Shown here: in pieces, positions 27,611 through 41,495 of the stretch | How positions within the stretch are numbered: the stretch's first letter is position 1 | How the letters are laid out: every line of letters starts with the position of its first letter | Notes under the pieces: model-generated | The model's database searches: none | Told to the model about the DNA's origin: nothing | Seen by the model: the letters and a program-made list of their open reading frames with translations, nothing else | Assembly: GCA_951406725.2 (NCBI GenBank) | Contig: OX597814.1 | Coordinates: 154,442,001-154,506,000 of the forward strand | Source of the DNA: Octopus vulgaris | Taxonomy: Eukaryota | Length of the DNA: 64,000 nt | Reading direction: 5' to 3' | Translations under genes and position numbers: made by a program

Positions 27611-29741
27611 TATATATATATATATATATATCTCCATTCACACACAGTTAAAATTTACAGAAAACAAAAGACAAAGACGGGTAAAGGGACAGGCAGTTAC
27701 CATGATCTTTTTTGGGGGTCTTCAAGCCTGGTGTAAACATGCAAAACAGCTATCATCAGACCAGAGATTTAGGCTAAGCAACAAGGTAGGCTGCATTAAG
27801 GGTACCCAAGGGCTAGGTGGTGGTGTTAAACCATGCAGGGAGTTTGTTGTAACAAGTGATATTGATAAATGTGTCAACAAACACAAATGTGAGCTGAAAG
27901 TGTTTACTGCTGCATAGTTTACTGCTGCATAGCTGAATTGGGAAGACAAAGTTTTAATGTGATCACTTAATCTGTTGGATATAACAGTAAAGTTTTTCTC
28001 CAGTTTCATGCTATTGTTTTAAATGAATGAAAATGGAATGCCTTTCATCAGGGTTGATATGAGGGCTAAACAACAATTGGAACAACAATTTATCGTAAGG
28101 TGAACTGTGTCTAACATATTTCACCTAGCTATAAATTGTCATACATGATGAACAAAGGTATATACTGCTGATTCTTTTAATTAATTCCAGAGTTATATCC
28201 TCTACTTTTCTTGACCAAAACTATCATTTGGCTAATAACTTTGTTTTCTCTTCAACACAAGTTTAACTCATTAGCAACTTGAAATGCAATATAACAGTTT
28301 ATGATGTATACAGAACATCAGCTCTATCAAAACAGGATTTAAATGACATAATGAACAGGAACCAACCAATGAATGAGTGATAAACAGATAAACAACTCAA
28401 GTAAATTATGATGTAGCTTAGAAAAAAAAAAGAAGTGATTATGTAATAGACAAGCAGAGACAAAATTACTACCATGATGGCCAATGGGAAATGACATTTA
28501 CTGTTTCAGAGAAATGACTAAGATGGCAAAATCTGAAAAAAACGATATACAAATAAACATAAGTGAAGTCAATCAATTAAAAACTAGAACACCTCATGAA
28601 TTGGAAAAGGAATCAACAACAATAGACAACATCCTAACAAAAAGGTAAAATTCAATTATAAAATAGTCAATGAAAAATGTAACCATAAACAATACAACAA
28701 ACTCAACCAAATGTATATAGTAGTAGCCCAAATACCAAAGGAAGAGGGTTCTCACCTAAGGATGGCAGCTTGACTTGTGAGAAAAAGAATTGTTTAGATA
28801 AATTATATATGGCTTGGCCAGAGGAGGAAAGGTAATGCTTGTAAAGTTAGTAGCAGAGTTCATATACATAAAAACAGCTGATGATTCACTCCATCATGAC
28901 TCAGTTTTTCACTGCAATTGCACATAAAAAAAAATTTGTGTAGCAATGGATTGAATCTTTAGCTATTTCTAATCTATTATATAAAATCTGTTCTGTCTGT
29001 CCGATTGCGCTCAAATTTGATATGTAGATACCGACGGTATCAGGGCGTGTATAAGTCTTGAAAAAATTACAAAAATCAATTCCAAGTGAGAATCCGATCG
29101 ATAAAGCCGCGGGAATGTGCATTTGTAAAGTCATTTTTCTTGGAATAGAAAAAAAGTCTATCTTTATTTCTTTTGCTGGTGTCTCAAATTTAGGTTAAAT
29201 CAGTATTTCTCAAAGGGTTGGCCAAGTTGTTTTGAGAAAACTTGGTTTAAATGTTTGACAACTCAGCACTGTCCACTGTTTGCTCGTACATACATATGCA
29301 CACACACATGCAAGATGGGATCATACAGTTTCTGTCAACCAAATTTTACTTGTAAAGCTTTGGTTGATTCGAGGCTGAAACACAACACATACGATCACAC
29401 AGCTTATACAAAAACATATTCACCACCCAATAAAATAAAAGGAACGGTGAAACAGTAAAGCAGCACAAAATACAAGAAGCCAGGCCCCAGGGTGAAGTAA
29501 AACTGGTGTAATATATTAATGTGGATCTACATTTGTGAAGAATAATGCTGCACACAGCTCAGAAACATGGAAGTAGCTGTGGTGATGCAGCCAAAACAAA
29601 AAAAAATCACATAAAACTGTCAAAAGCATAATAATAATAATAATAGTAATAATAATAATCCTTTCTACTAAAGAAACAAGGCCGGAAATTTGGCGGAAGG
29701 GGACTAGTTGATAATATTGACCCAGTTTTTCACTGGTACTT

Positions 29742-29960
<219 letters not shown>

Positions 29961-30503
29961 AATGGCCTGATGCAATACTAGGTGCTGACTCTCATGGTTT
30001 CTGATCATAACTGAGTGGAAGTATTATCATGTACATGTTTTGCTTGGTGAAAAAGATGGACTGCAACAAATATTCTGCTCAGTACCACAAATTTGCTTGT
30101 CACTTGCTTGACCTTAAACAGTTAAGCATGTCCCTTGGTGGCTGATATGTGCATCTCTGATCATGAGCAGAAGTAATGGGGAAACAGCACAGCCATGTGA
30201 TGAGAGAAGTTCTTTGGAGTTTGAATAATTCACTTCAGGAATCAAGGGTGTTTTGTTCAACATCCTTAAACAACCCACATCCAGGAACATTTTGAGCAGG
30301 ATAAGCTACTTGACCTGAAGAAATTCTAACTTGGCCTCACTTGCAAGGTCATGCACTGTTTACCTTGATATGAAATCACCATGTTATGCATATATGGTTG
30401 TGATACAGGTGTACCCTTATCAGACGGGTAGTCATGATGGGTATACTGGGCTTTGTATATTTATACACTACTGTCACTTGGACAGCATGCACTGCTCTCT
30501 CAC

Positions 30504-30535
<32 letters not shown>

Positions 30536-31749
30536 CATAATAATAATAATAATAATAATAAAAGTGATGATGAGATGATGAGGATAGAAAAAGAGTTAAG
30601 AAAAAAAACAAGAAATAGCACTGAAAAATATAAATAGATACAATTCATTCACAGAAGAAACTACACAAATATTAAAATATTTTCATTCAGAAGTAAAGCA
30701 GGCTTAATACTAGATGTCAAAATCACTACAACATCTCTGTGTTCCCAATCAAACAATATTCTAAATAAAATTGAAAGACAAATAGAAAAAGAAGAATTTA
30801 ACATGAAAAAAAGAAAGACACAAATAACAAAAAATATGATAAAAAAACAGACCTCAGAAACTAAAGGTAAGCTTAAACAAATTGAATGAGCAAAAGCTTT
30901 GAATAGGGTTCAAATTATAGATAAACATTATGTGCAGGTGTTGCTGCGATAGGTGTGGACATGGCAGTATGATTGAGAAGCTTGCTTCCAAACCGTGTGA
31001 TTTCAGGAAGCCTCTAGGATTGACAATACCCCCAAATCTTGGCAGAAATACTTGACCAGCATCTATAGATATGTGATGGTAACATTCAATGAACTAGAAA
31101 AGAAATGAGTTTAAAACCTGATTGGCTGTTAAAGTGAGGGGACAATATCAATTCCCTAAAAAGGGAAATGCTTTACCGATCCCCACCAAATTACAAGCCT
31201 ATAACAAGCTTGTCAACAACACATGAAGCCTTTACATCTATACTCAACAACAAGCTGGTTGCTCATCTGGTAGACCTAGGAATGACTGAAATAATGAAAC
31301 TATCACCTCCATATATTTAATTTAATTTGATAGGAATACTCACGATACTGAATTCCTGAGAAGAGATTGATACCATCTGTATAGAGTTACCTTTATTCAG
31401 CAGCATAAAATAATTTAAGCTAAAACTTCTTGTGTGTCAGCCTAAGTATCAGCTTGCTCCTGTCAACCTAATTCATTGTCTTTCTTTAGAAATGTTTTAA
31501 GTGGTCATGTACACATGATCTTAAAAGCATACAAAGAAATACAAACAAAAAGTCATAAAAATTGCACACACACACACACACACACATATTGTTTATTTAT
31601 TTTTTCCGTGTTATTTGTAAACACTGGAAAACACACACACACACACACATATAAATTAAGGGAGCAGGTAAAATTCGGGCTACATGTTTCCTAGCTAGAA
31701 GATCCCCTGATGTAATAGGTAGGTTTAAAAAACACACTAGACATAAGAA

Positions 31750-32195
31750 GCATCGGATGTGGCATGCAAGCGAGACGTTTGCATTGGTATGGTCATGTAC
31801 TATGGATGGATGAGGAGAGATGTGTGAAGAAGTGCTACTCCCAAACAGTTGAAGGAATACAGGGTAGAGGTAGACCCAGGAAGACATGGGATGAGGTGGT
31901 CAAGCATGACCTTCAAACATTGGGCCTCACAGAGGCAACGATGAAAGACCGAGACCTCTGGAGATATGCTGTGACTGCGAAGACCTGACAAATAATGTGA
32001 GTTCATGGCTGTTTCCTGCACCAGCTTCACATAGAAGCCCCAGCCCATCCAAAGTACCTTGGATTGGAGGACAATCTGCTGTGCTTACCTTGGACCGTAG
32101 GGTGACTTGCTGTGCTTGAGGAGACCTATTGAGTCAAGTACATCAACATCAAAATAAATATCAAATGGAAATCGTAGTTGTGATACCCATGCCGT
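31750..32195 (+). mobile_element. RTE LINE fragment (ORF C-terminus plus part of the 3'UTR)
   Basis: RRLHWYGHVLWMDEERCVKKC...GRGRPRKTWDEVVKHDL, homologous to 38050-38290. Confidence 0.88.
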
Positions 32196-32266
32196 ATACA
32201 ATAATTTCATTATTATTATTATTATAAATGATCACCATTCATGAATGTTGTTTTTTTGATACTTAC

Positions 32267-32294
32267 CATGGCCTGCTTGAAGCTAACAAACTTC
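32267..32294 (-). CDS. SLC26A11: SLC26A11-like, putative 28-nt microexon (K-KFVSFKQAM)
   Basis: Acceptor ctaattgtag|G and consensus donor ATG|GTAAGT. 35+28=63 nt restores phase 0 into the next exon with no stop. Confidence 0.6.
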
Positions 32295-32824
32295 CTACAA
32301 TTAGATTGTTGCAGCTTATAATTACACATACACACACATAGAGAAAAGTGGATATTAGTACATGTGAGAATCGAAACCACACTTCTTATATTCACAATAA
32401 GTGTGCTAACTAATTACACCAACCTACCCATGGACTTCTTCCAGTTGAATATAAGAGGTGTGGGTTCAGTTTCCATGCATACTAAAACTCACTATTTTCT
32501 GTTGAAAGCTTATATGCCCCAATATTAGACACAACCTCACGATTGTAAGCTCGATGCTCTAACCACTGAGCCATGCACCTTCACACACATGCACACACAC
32601 ACATACATATATATATATAGGATCGTTTGTAGAAATACATAAATCTGGAGGAGAAGCACATTCTAAGATGTAAAATAGTTAATATTATAGAGGGGTAGAC
32701 TGAATGATAGGGTTAACATGAGTTTCTTGCTGATAAGAGGTTCAGCCTTACAGCGTATCTTCAGACCCTATGTGTGTGTGTATTTACATATAGAGATACA
32801 TGCCTTTGTAGAAGCAGATGTACC

Positions 32825-34417
32825 TAAGAGAGTCCTAGCAAGACCACTGCAGTTCCTCTTTCAGAGCTTCCTTGCAGCTGGCAAACTTCCAAGAAAACTG
32901 AAGGAAGGTAAAATATGCCCCATTCATAAAGGAGGTAGCAGAGCGGAAGCCAAGAACTATAGACCTATCTCTCTGACCTCACACATCAGCAAGGTCATGG
33001 AACGAATAGTCAGAAGGATGCTGATCACCTTCCTTGAAGAGAATGACTTGCTGCCCGACACCCAACATGGTTTCCGACCAGGGAGAAGCTGTTTAACTCA
33101 GCTCCTACAACACTATGACTGGGTGCTGAAACGGCTGCTCAACCACTCAAATGTGGAAGTGATATATCTCGACTTTGCAAAGGCCTTTGATAAAGTCGAT
33201 CATGGAATGATATGTCACAAACTGCGTGATCTCAACATAGTTGGAAAACTGGGAGAATGGCTTCATGACTTTCTGAAAGATAGAAGTCAGGTGGTAGTAG
33301 CCATTAACACGCAAATAGTGAGCGGTGTTCCGCAGGGCACTGTTCTGGGACCACTACTGTTCATAATGGCCCTCTCAGACATGCCCTCAGCCACGCAGAG
33401 AGCCACGATCACAAGTTATGCAGATGATACAAAAGTTTCACAGGCAATACAGAACCCTGAGGACACTAAACACCTGCAATGTGAGCTGGACAAAATATAC
33501 AAGTGGGCCGAAAAGAATAGCATGCAGTTCAATGCTGAAAAGTTTCAAGCTCTATACTATCAGCATGCAAAACTAAATGCAATACCCAATGAATACACTG
33601 GACCCGGAGGAATAGCAATCCCAGAGGCACAATCAGTGCGTGACCTAGGTATTTACATGAGTGATGACGCGACCTTTCGTGTACATGTTTCTAAATTGGC
33701 AATGAAATGTAGACAACTGGCCGGATGGATCCTCAGAACCTTTAGAACAAGAGAACAAGAAACCATGATGGTCCTCTGGAGGACACTTGTCCTAAGCCAC
33801 TTTGACTACTGCTCTCAGTTATGGTCACCATCCAGTGTCAAGTTGATCACAGAGCTCGAGGCGATCCAACGTAGCTACACGAAGAAGATAGCCTCTATGC
33901 AGAATATAAGCTACTGGGAAAGACTCAAGAGATTAAAACTATATTCCCTGGAGCGTAGGCGGGAAAGATATGCCATAATATACATCTGGAAGATCCTGGA
34001 GGGACGTGTCCTGAACTTTGGCATCGAGAGTTACGCAAATGCCAGAACTGGGCGCCACTGCGTGGTGCCTAGGACTCCAAACTTGCCATCAAGATGTAGG
34101 ACAAGATTCTGTGATAGCCTGGGCTTCCGAGGCCCACAGCTCTTCAATATCCTCCCGAAGAACCTGAGAGACCTGCATGGGGTGGATGCAGATGTCTTTA
34201 AAATGAAGCTGGATCTCTTCCTGTCAGGTGTCCCAGATGAACCAACTTCACGGCAGGAGGGGCAGATGAGGGCAGCTGCATCGAACTCTCTCATGCACCA
34301 AATGGCAGTTGCTAGAAAGCTTTCGTGAAGTGAAACCAAGTAGCAACACCAAATGGCGGTGCCCCAGCATGGCCACAGCTCATGGGCTGAAACTAGAATC
34401 AATCAATCAATCAATCA
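32825..34417 (+). mobile_element. 5'-truncated CR1/L2-group LINE with ~500 open codons of RT
   Basis: NYRPISLTS, QHGFR, YLDFAKAFDKV, GVPQGTVLGPLLF, YADD, RDLG motifs. Stop at 34328, short 3'UTR and (AATC)n tail. The ORF's first ~35 aa are flanking DNA. Confidence 0.95.
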
Positions 34418-34701
34418 AGTGACAATATCATATTTACTTGAAAGACAGGACATCTGATCTGAAATGGGAGCACTATAAACAACATGAAGAAGAGAAAGTT
34501 ACTCATACTTATCTTACCAACAAGTTTGAATCAAAGGTCCAAGTTCAATATTTCCACTTTGTGTATTACTGTACACATGTTTATATACATATATATGTGC
34601 ACGCATGTATATACATACATACATATCATCATCTTCGCTTAGTGTGTATATATATACATATATATATACATACATACACACACACACACATATATATACA
34701 T

Positions 34702-34739
<38 letters not shown>

Positions 34740-34829
34740 GTATAGTAGAAGTAAGGACCAGAACCCTTCAAAGAGATGTTTAGTAACCAAGTTCCTGAGG
34801 AAAAGCCTAATTTGTGATTTCAAATGGAT

Positions 34830-35180
34830 TATATTTTCCTCAAACTTACAAGGGAAAAACTCAGATCTTGTGAATTTTCCAAAGTCCTTCCAACCCTGTT
34901 GCTTTCTGCACATTTTTGTTTCCAGATTCATTTCCTACGTGGGTGAGAAGTAGAAAGATAACGATTTTCCTCAAAGTTATGAGGGAAAACATTGGATCTT
35001 GTGAATTTTCCGAAGTCTTCTCCCCACCCCATCAGAAAAGATATTCCCCGCAAATTTCTTTATAATCTTAATCTATACTGTTTGAAATGTATTTATATAA
35101 AATTTCATTAAAAACCCCCTTTTTCCTGAAAGTTATAAGGGAAAAACATTGGATCTTGTGAATTTTCTGAAAGCATCTCC
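34830..35180. repeat. Three dispersed ~55-bp direct repeats
   Basis: ttttcctcaaagttatgagggaaaacattggatcttgtgaattttcc-like units at ~34834, 34965 and 35121. Confidence 0.75.
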
Positions 35181-36579
35181 CCCCACCCCCATTGCTTTTT
35201 GGGTGTTTTTGTTTTCATATTCGTTTCCTACACCTTTTTTAACACCTGTTGCACTATTTTTTTTTGATTTTGCTTCCAGGTAATAATGCCATCATTAACC
35301 CTATTTTCCTTAGTCATTGCATAGTGATCGCTTTAAGCTTATATAAAAATACCATTATTATTATTTACAGGATTGTAAAATATGGCACCGTATAACAAAA
35401 CCATTTGCACGGAAAACTTATGTAAAAAGTTTGTTTGCATAAAACAAATACAAGGGAGGCTAATTCGCTGGTATAAAGGTAACACACTTAGATGCATTAA
35501 CAAAGGAATGTGGGTTCGAGTCCTACGCAGATAGGAAAGCCTTCTTTTTCTGTCGAGGGCTTAGATGCCCCGTTATTAGACTATTTTCCTTAGTCATTGG
35601 ATAAGGTTTAAGCTTATGTAAAAATACCCTTATTATTATTATTTACAGAATTGTAAAATTCGGTGTGGTATAACAAAACCATTTGCACCGAAAGTACATA
35701 TATATGTGGGCACAGGTATGACTGTGTGGTTAAGAAGTTTGCTTTCCAACCACGTTCTTCTGAGTTCAACCCCACTGTGTGGCACTCTTCTGCTATAGCC
35801 TTGGGCAGACCAAAACCTTGTGAATGGATTTGGTAGATGGAAAGTGAAAGAAACCTTACTCCCATTATATATATATATATATATATATAAAAGAAAAGGC
35901 CACCTTTGGTCATGAATGACCATGGGATTGACTCTAGAAAGATCCCCTCTAAGGCACAAATCCAGGAAAAGTTCTTTATCGAAGACCAGCAGTCGCCATT
36001 GCATACCAGCCACTCCTCTCCTTACCACCAATGTTATCCAAAGACCAATATGTCTTGGTACCAGTGATGTCCCTATCTTGACATCATATGATGGCTGTTA
36101 ATGATCATTCCTGTCATACAAGGAACATCATTCATTTCCAATATTCTGCATAAGCATGTCTGGACATTGAAACAAATGGCTGTTTAAAATCTGCCTCAAT
36201 AAACCTTATCCAACCCATGCAAGCATGAAAAATTGAATGTTAAGCTGTTGATGATAATATATATATATATATTCTTATCTTAAATGTTTTGAATTTTATA
36301 TTTTATACTGTATATATGTATGATATTATGGTTGCAGTTTTGATAATTAAATAAGACAACATTCTAATATCCTAAAGCTGATAAACCAACTAATGTGTTT
36401 CTCCATTTTCTTATTTGTAATATAAATTAATGGTAAAATATTTCTTTACCTTCACCCATTTAATACAATAAGTGAGTTTATTGCATTGCAATTAAAACAC
36501 TTGTGTATTAATAATTTGGGTAGTATATTGGATAAGTATTATCCCTTAGAGGGTTGGATCCACAACCTCTAACTTACTT

Positions 36580-36634
<55 letters not shown>

Positions 36635-37036
36635 CCAAAAAATAGCAGAGAAATGCATTAAAAATGGAAAAGAAATTATGGTAAATTTTTTTTTAAAATC
36701 ATTGACTCATCGTAGACATTTTTAGAGAGTTACTTCCCTTATATAATAGCGAAAAAATGCATTAAAATGGAAAAAAATGATGGTAAATTATTTTTAAAAT
36801 CGTAGACTCATCGTAGACGTGCGCTAATACCCAGAAGGGCTCGATATGAATCACGACTATAAGATACCCGCTTTTGGTTACACTGCACCGCAAAATGTGG
36901 GAGTAGTTAGGAATCTAAATCGTAGGAGACAGACACACAACTTCACTTTTATATATAAAGATATATATATATGAAATAAAAAGAAAATGGAGAAATATTG
37001 ATCAACAACAACTGACTTACATGATTTAAATTTTTT

Positions 37037-38920
37037 GCCAAAGATAAGCCCCTGTACCTGGCTTTTGTTGACATGGAGAAAGCATTCGACAGGGTCCCCG
37101 ATCCCTTATCTGGTGGGCAATGAGGAAACTAGGGATAGATGAATGATTAGTGAGAGCTGTGCGGGCCATGTATAGGGACGCCGCTAGTAGGGTGAGGGTT
37201 GGAAATGAGTACAGTGAAGAATTCCGGGTAGAGGTAGGGGTCCACCAAGGCTCAGTACTCAGCCCCCTCCTATTTATCATAGTCCTCCAGGCAATAACGG
37301 AGGAATTCAAGACAGGATGCCCTTGGGAGCTCCTCTATGCTGATGACCTTGCTCTAATTGCTGAGTCGCTATCAGAACTGGAGGAGAAGTTTCAGGTGTG
37401 GAAACAAGGATTAGAATCGAAGGGCCTCAGAGTCAATCTAGCTAAAACCAAAGTCGTAATCAGTAGGAAGGTAGACAAATCACAAACACCTTCAGGTAGA
37501 TGGCCCTGCTCGATCTGTAGAAAAGGTGTAGGTAGAAACTCTACAAGATGCACCAAGTGTAAGCTATGGACACATAAGAGATGCAGCAATGTCAAAGGAA
37601 GGCTAACTAAGAAGATGGTTTTTGTATGTGGCAGATGCTCAGGAACAATAAACACTGAAAATGCTCTGAGACTAACTTCCGTCACTTTCCAGGGAGAAAA
37701 ACTAGAAATAGTTGATAGTTTCCGTTACCTAGGTGACCAAGTCAGCAGCGGGGGCGGGTGTGCTGAAAGTGTAACTGCTAGAGTAAGAATAGCTTGGGCA
37801 AAGTTCAGAGAGCTCTTACCTCTGCTGGTGACAAAAGGCCTCTCGCACAGAGTGAAAGGCAGACTGTATGATGCGTGTGTACGAACAGCCATGCTACATG
37901 GCAGTGAAACATGGGCCGTGACTGCTGAGGATATGCGTAAGCTCGCTAGAAATGAAGCCAGTATGCTCCGATGGATGTGTAATGCCGGTACTCACACTCG
38001 GCAGAGTGTAAGTACCTTGAGAGAAAAGCTGGACCTAAGAAGCATCAGTTGTGGTGTGCAAGAGAGACGTTTGCGCTGGTATGGTCATGTGGCGAGAATG
38101 GATGAAGATAGTTGTGTGAAAAAGTGCCACACCCTAGCGGTTGAGGGAACCTGTGGAAGAGGCAGACCCAGGAAAACCTGGGACGAGGTGGTGAAGCACG
38201 ACCTTCGAACTTTAGGTCTCACTGAGAAAATGACTAGAGACCGAGACCTCTGGAAGTGTGCTGTGCACGAGAAGACCCGGCAGGACAAGTGAGTCCATAA
38301 CCTGTGGCCTTCTACATGGGATGGAGCCAGCCTACGTATGCATACCTTCCCTTCTTGGGACACAAAACTCTACTTGTGAAGACGTGTTGAGGCAAGTGAG
38401 GATCAGAATCGAAATCGATCAATGGAAATTGCGGATGTGCTACCAGTGCTGGTGGCATGTCGAAACTCTGCTTGTGAAGACCCGTTGAGGCAAGTGAGGA
38501 TCAGAATCGAAATCGATCAATGGAAATCGATCAATGGAAATCGATCAATGGAAATCGATCAATGGAAATTGCAGATGTGTTACCAGTGCTGGTGGCATGT
38601 AAGAGAACTTTCCGTTTCGCGACCGTTGCCAGCACCGCCCCGTTTCGTGCCCGTTGCCAGCCTCGCCTGGCACATAAAAAGCACCATCCGTTCGTGGTCG
38701 TTTGCCAGCTCTGTCTGGCACCAGTGCGGGTGGCACGTAAAAAGCACCCACTACACTCACGGAGTGGTTGGCGTTAGGAAGGGCATCCAGCCGTAGAAAC
38801 ACTGCCAGATTTGACTGGGCCTGATGAAGCCTTCTGGCTTCACAGACCCCAGTAGAACCGTCCAACCCATGCTAGCATGGAAAACGGACGCTAAACGATG
38901 ATGATGATGATGATGATGAT
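37037..38920 (+). mobile_element. 5'-truncated RTE-clade LINE
   Basis: FVDMEKAFDRV, GVHQGSVLSPLLF, LLYADD, FRYLG, WYGHVARM, GRGRPRKTW. One frameshift at ~37100 and a TGA at 37144. 3'UTR has internal tandem repeats and a (GAT)n tail. Confidence 0.95.
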
Positions 38921-39110
38921 GTACGTTGTATACCTGCGGGATCTTTCTGCATACATTCAAGCAATATGCATTGCAATTACAGAAACGCATTTCTCTGCAC
39001 ACATAAATGATGCAGAAATACACACACTAATGTATGCTGTATTCCATGCGGGCACGAGAGAAAGAAGTCACGGTGGGTTGTATTGTAAATCCATGAAAAT
39101 GTCACACCAC
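38921..39110 (+). mobile_element. LINE AP-endonuclease fragment
   Basis: ICIAITETHF...DAEI...RERSHGG matches EEP endonuclease motifs (xxxxTETW; DRxxxxxGG). Confidence 0.6.
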
Positions 39111-41270
39111 TAATCCTGTTGTCACATTCAGACTCATACAACCTAGGAAAACCCTGCTGTACAAAAAAGAACCTTCTTGTATTAAATGAATGGCCACAGA
39201 CAGCTCCTTTTAACATGGTGATGTGGTTTTGAGAGTCTTTAAAAGTATGAACATCTGTTGTCATATAGGCCTATTTATTCTATGTATACTAGGTAGGAAA
39301 TCTCCTTAACCAGCTTTGGCCTGAAACAGAATTGCTGCCTTAGCTGACTCTAGAAGTGTGAGCATAAACTTGGTGAAAGGTGTGCCTGGAGATAAAGTAC
39401 AAGCAGTTTTTTGCTGTTCTATAACTTACCGTTTTCTTAAAATTTTGATCATAGTTATTATATACACAAATTTCTTTGTTTTCTTTCGTATTTCATTATT
39501 TGACCAATCGTTTTTTGCAAGTTAGAAAAGGACACATTGGTCAATGCTGTCTTATATATACAGAGCATGCAATAATATACTTCTCTACTATAGGAACAAG
39601 GTCTGAAACTTTAACCCATAAAGTGCTGGGATTTGCAGCGGCTAACTGGCCTCCGTTCTGGTGGTATGTAAAAGGCACCATTCAAGCGTGATCATTACCA
39701 GTGGCATGTGTAAAAGATTTGAGCGAGGTCATTGCCAGTACCGCCTGACTGGCCCCATGCCGGTGGCATGTAAAAGCGTTAGGAAGGGCATCCAGCTGTA
39801 GAAACTCTGCCAGATCAAGATTGAAGCCTGGTGCAGCCATCTGCTTCGCCAGCCCACAGTCAAATCGTCCAACCCATGCTAGCATGGAAAGCAAACGTTA
39901 AACGACGACGACGATGATGATGATGATGATAGCATGGACTGCTGAGCAAATTTTATGAAAATGAGACTACTATGCACACATAAAATAGTTAAAATATCAT
40001 CTTAGTATATAATGGCAGCAAGTTTTGTATCATCTGAAAAGTCATTAGCTGGACTATTAGTCATCTTGCCTTCTAGGGCGTATCGGAGCGTTTGAGTGAC
40101 AAATTAAATGCATCTATCTGGGCCACGATCGTAGCCTGTCGAACTGTGTCTGACGGCCACGATTGTGGCCCGTTGCGCTTTATGTGTTAAGGGAATGAGC
40201 TAGTTGATTACCTCAATGCTCAAGTGGTACTTGATAAAGAGATAAAAGGAAAAATCGACCTCGGCGAAATTTGAACTCAGAACACAAAGACGGAAGAAAT
40301 AACCCATGTATTTTGTCCGCCACGTTAATGATTCTGCCAACTTGCTGCCTAGGCCATGTAATAATATTGAGCCACCTGAATCACTAGCATGCCGGGGCAA
40401 AATGCTCAGCAGCATTTCGTCAAATTCCGTTATGTCAATAAAATGAGTTGAGCACTGCAGTCGATGTAATCTATAAACCCCCTCTTGCCTCGTGCCAAAA
40501 TTTGAAACCAATATAACATTACATAATAATGAAGGAAAACCTCTCGAAGAGGCGTGTTAATTCCTGTTAGCATTTATAAGTGAGTGTGTAGTGGTCAAGA
40601 GGTTTGTTCTAGAATCCTGTAGTTCTAGGTTAGATCCTATAACGTGACACTTAAGTATTTTCTATTCTAGTCTCAGCTTACACAATCTTTATGAATGTAA
40701 CTTAAGCAAACGGAAATTTTGCGGAAACTCATTGGATAAATTGGAATCGAGATTCATAGGCCCAGCTTTCCTACCTCCGCCGCCACTAACATCAAGATTT
40801 ATGTTGAGAATTCTGGAAAAGTGCTTGCATCGATATATTTTCAGATGACACAATAGCACTCAACGGAGAAACTCCTATGTGGTCTTTCAAATTGCTAGAA
40901 ATAGCTGTCAAATTTCACATAAATCCCATCCTCTCGTTTCATACACAAAACACTTAACAAATAAGCAAAAGGATTCATATGTGTACAACGTGAATCGTTC
41001 TCGATACACTGTGTCCGAAAAACAAACGAAAAAGATGGAATGGTCACGGCTGGAATGCTTTTGGTCAAAGGGTATGCGAAGGAATGCTGAAAAGGGCTAA
41101 CATGGAATTTAACAACAACGGGAAAGAATAACACGTGCCTATGTGTATGTGGTTGTACCTAAGCGTAAATGTAAGTTTTCATTTGTAGATTTTATACTGA
41201 AGTTAAATAGCACGAATAAAATAGTGTGAATAAAGTAGAATGAATAAAATAATGGTAAACAAAAACATAC

Positions 41271-41305
41271 TTTTCTTGCGTGTTTCTCAGTTTGGTCTCA
41301 GTCAT
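41271..41305 (-). CDS. SLC26A11: SLC26A11-like transporter, putative first coding exon (MTETKLRNTQE+AA)
   Basis: ATG at 41305, 35 nt, donor AA|GTATGT. Joins in frame through the 32294-32267 microexon to the 19275 exon. No homology support for this segment; it rests on splice signals and phase. Confidence 0.6.
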
Positions 41306-41429
41306 TCATACATACTGGTAGAAAGAGGTTTTGGGTAAATTATTGGATTATGTTCAGAAGATTTAGATCTTCTTTTGGTTCACAGTGAGAAATTAGTTAA
41401 AGAAATCGAAACTAGTATATTCTGCTAAA

Positions 41430-41495
41430 CTGAAATTGAGTCACCGGGTCAAACTGCCTTAACAACACGAAATTCACACCCACCAATCACAGTGA
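41430..41495 (-). promoter_or_regulatory. Candidate proximal promoter or splice acceptor upstream of the first coding exon
   Basis: CCAAT box (caccaatcac ~41481-41490) in non-repetitive DNA. A possible acceptor caatttcag| at 41430 means this exon could instead be internal. Confidence 0.3.

Noticed and set aside
30560-31400. Possible additional PLE remnant (A-rich, PxxGKC-like)
   Set aside because: Too decayed to translate reliably, and no intact ribozyme core was found.
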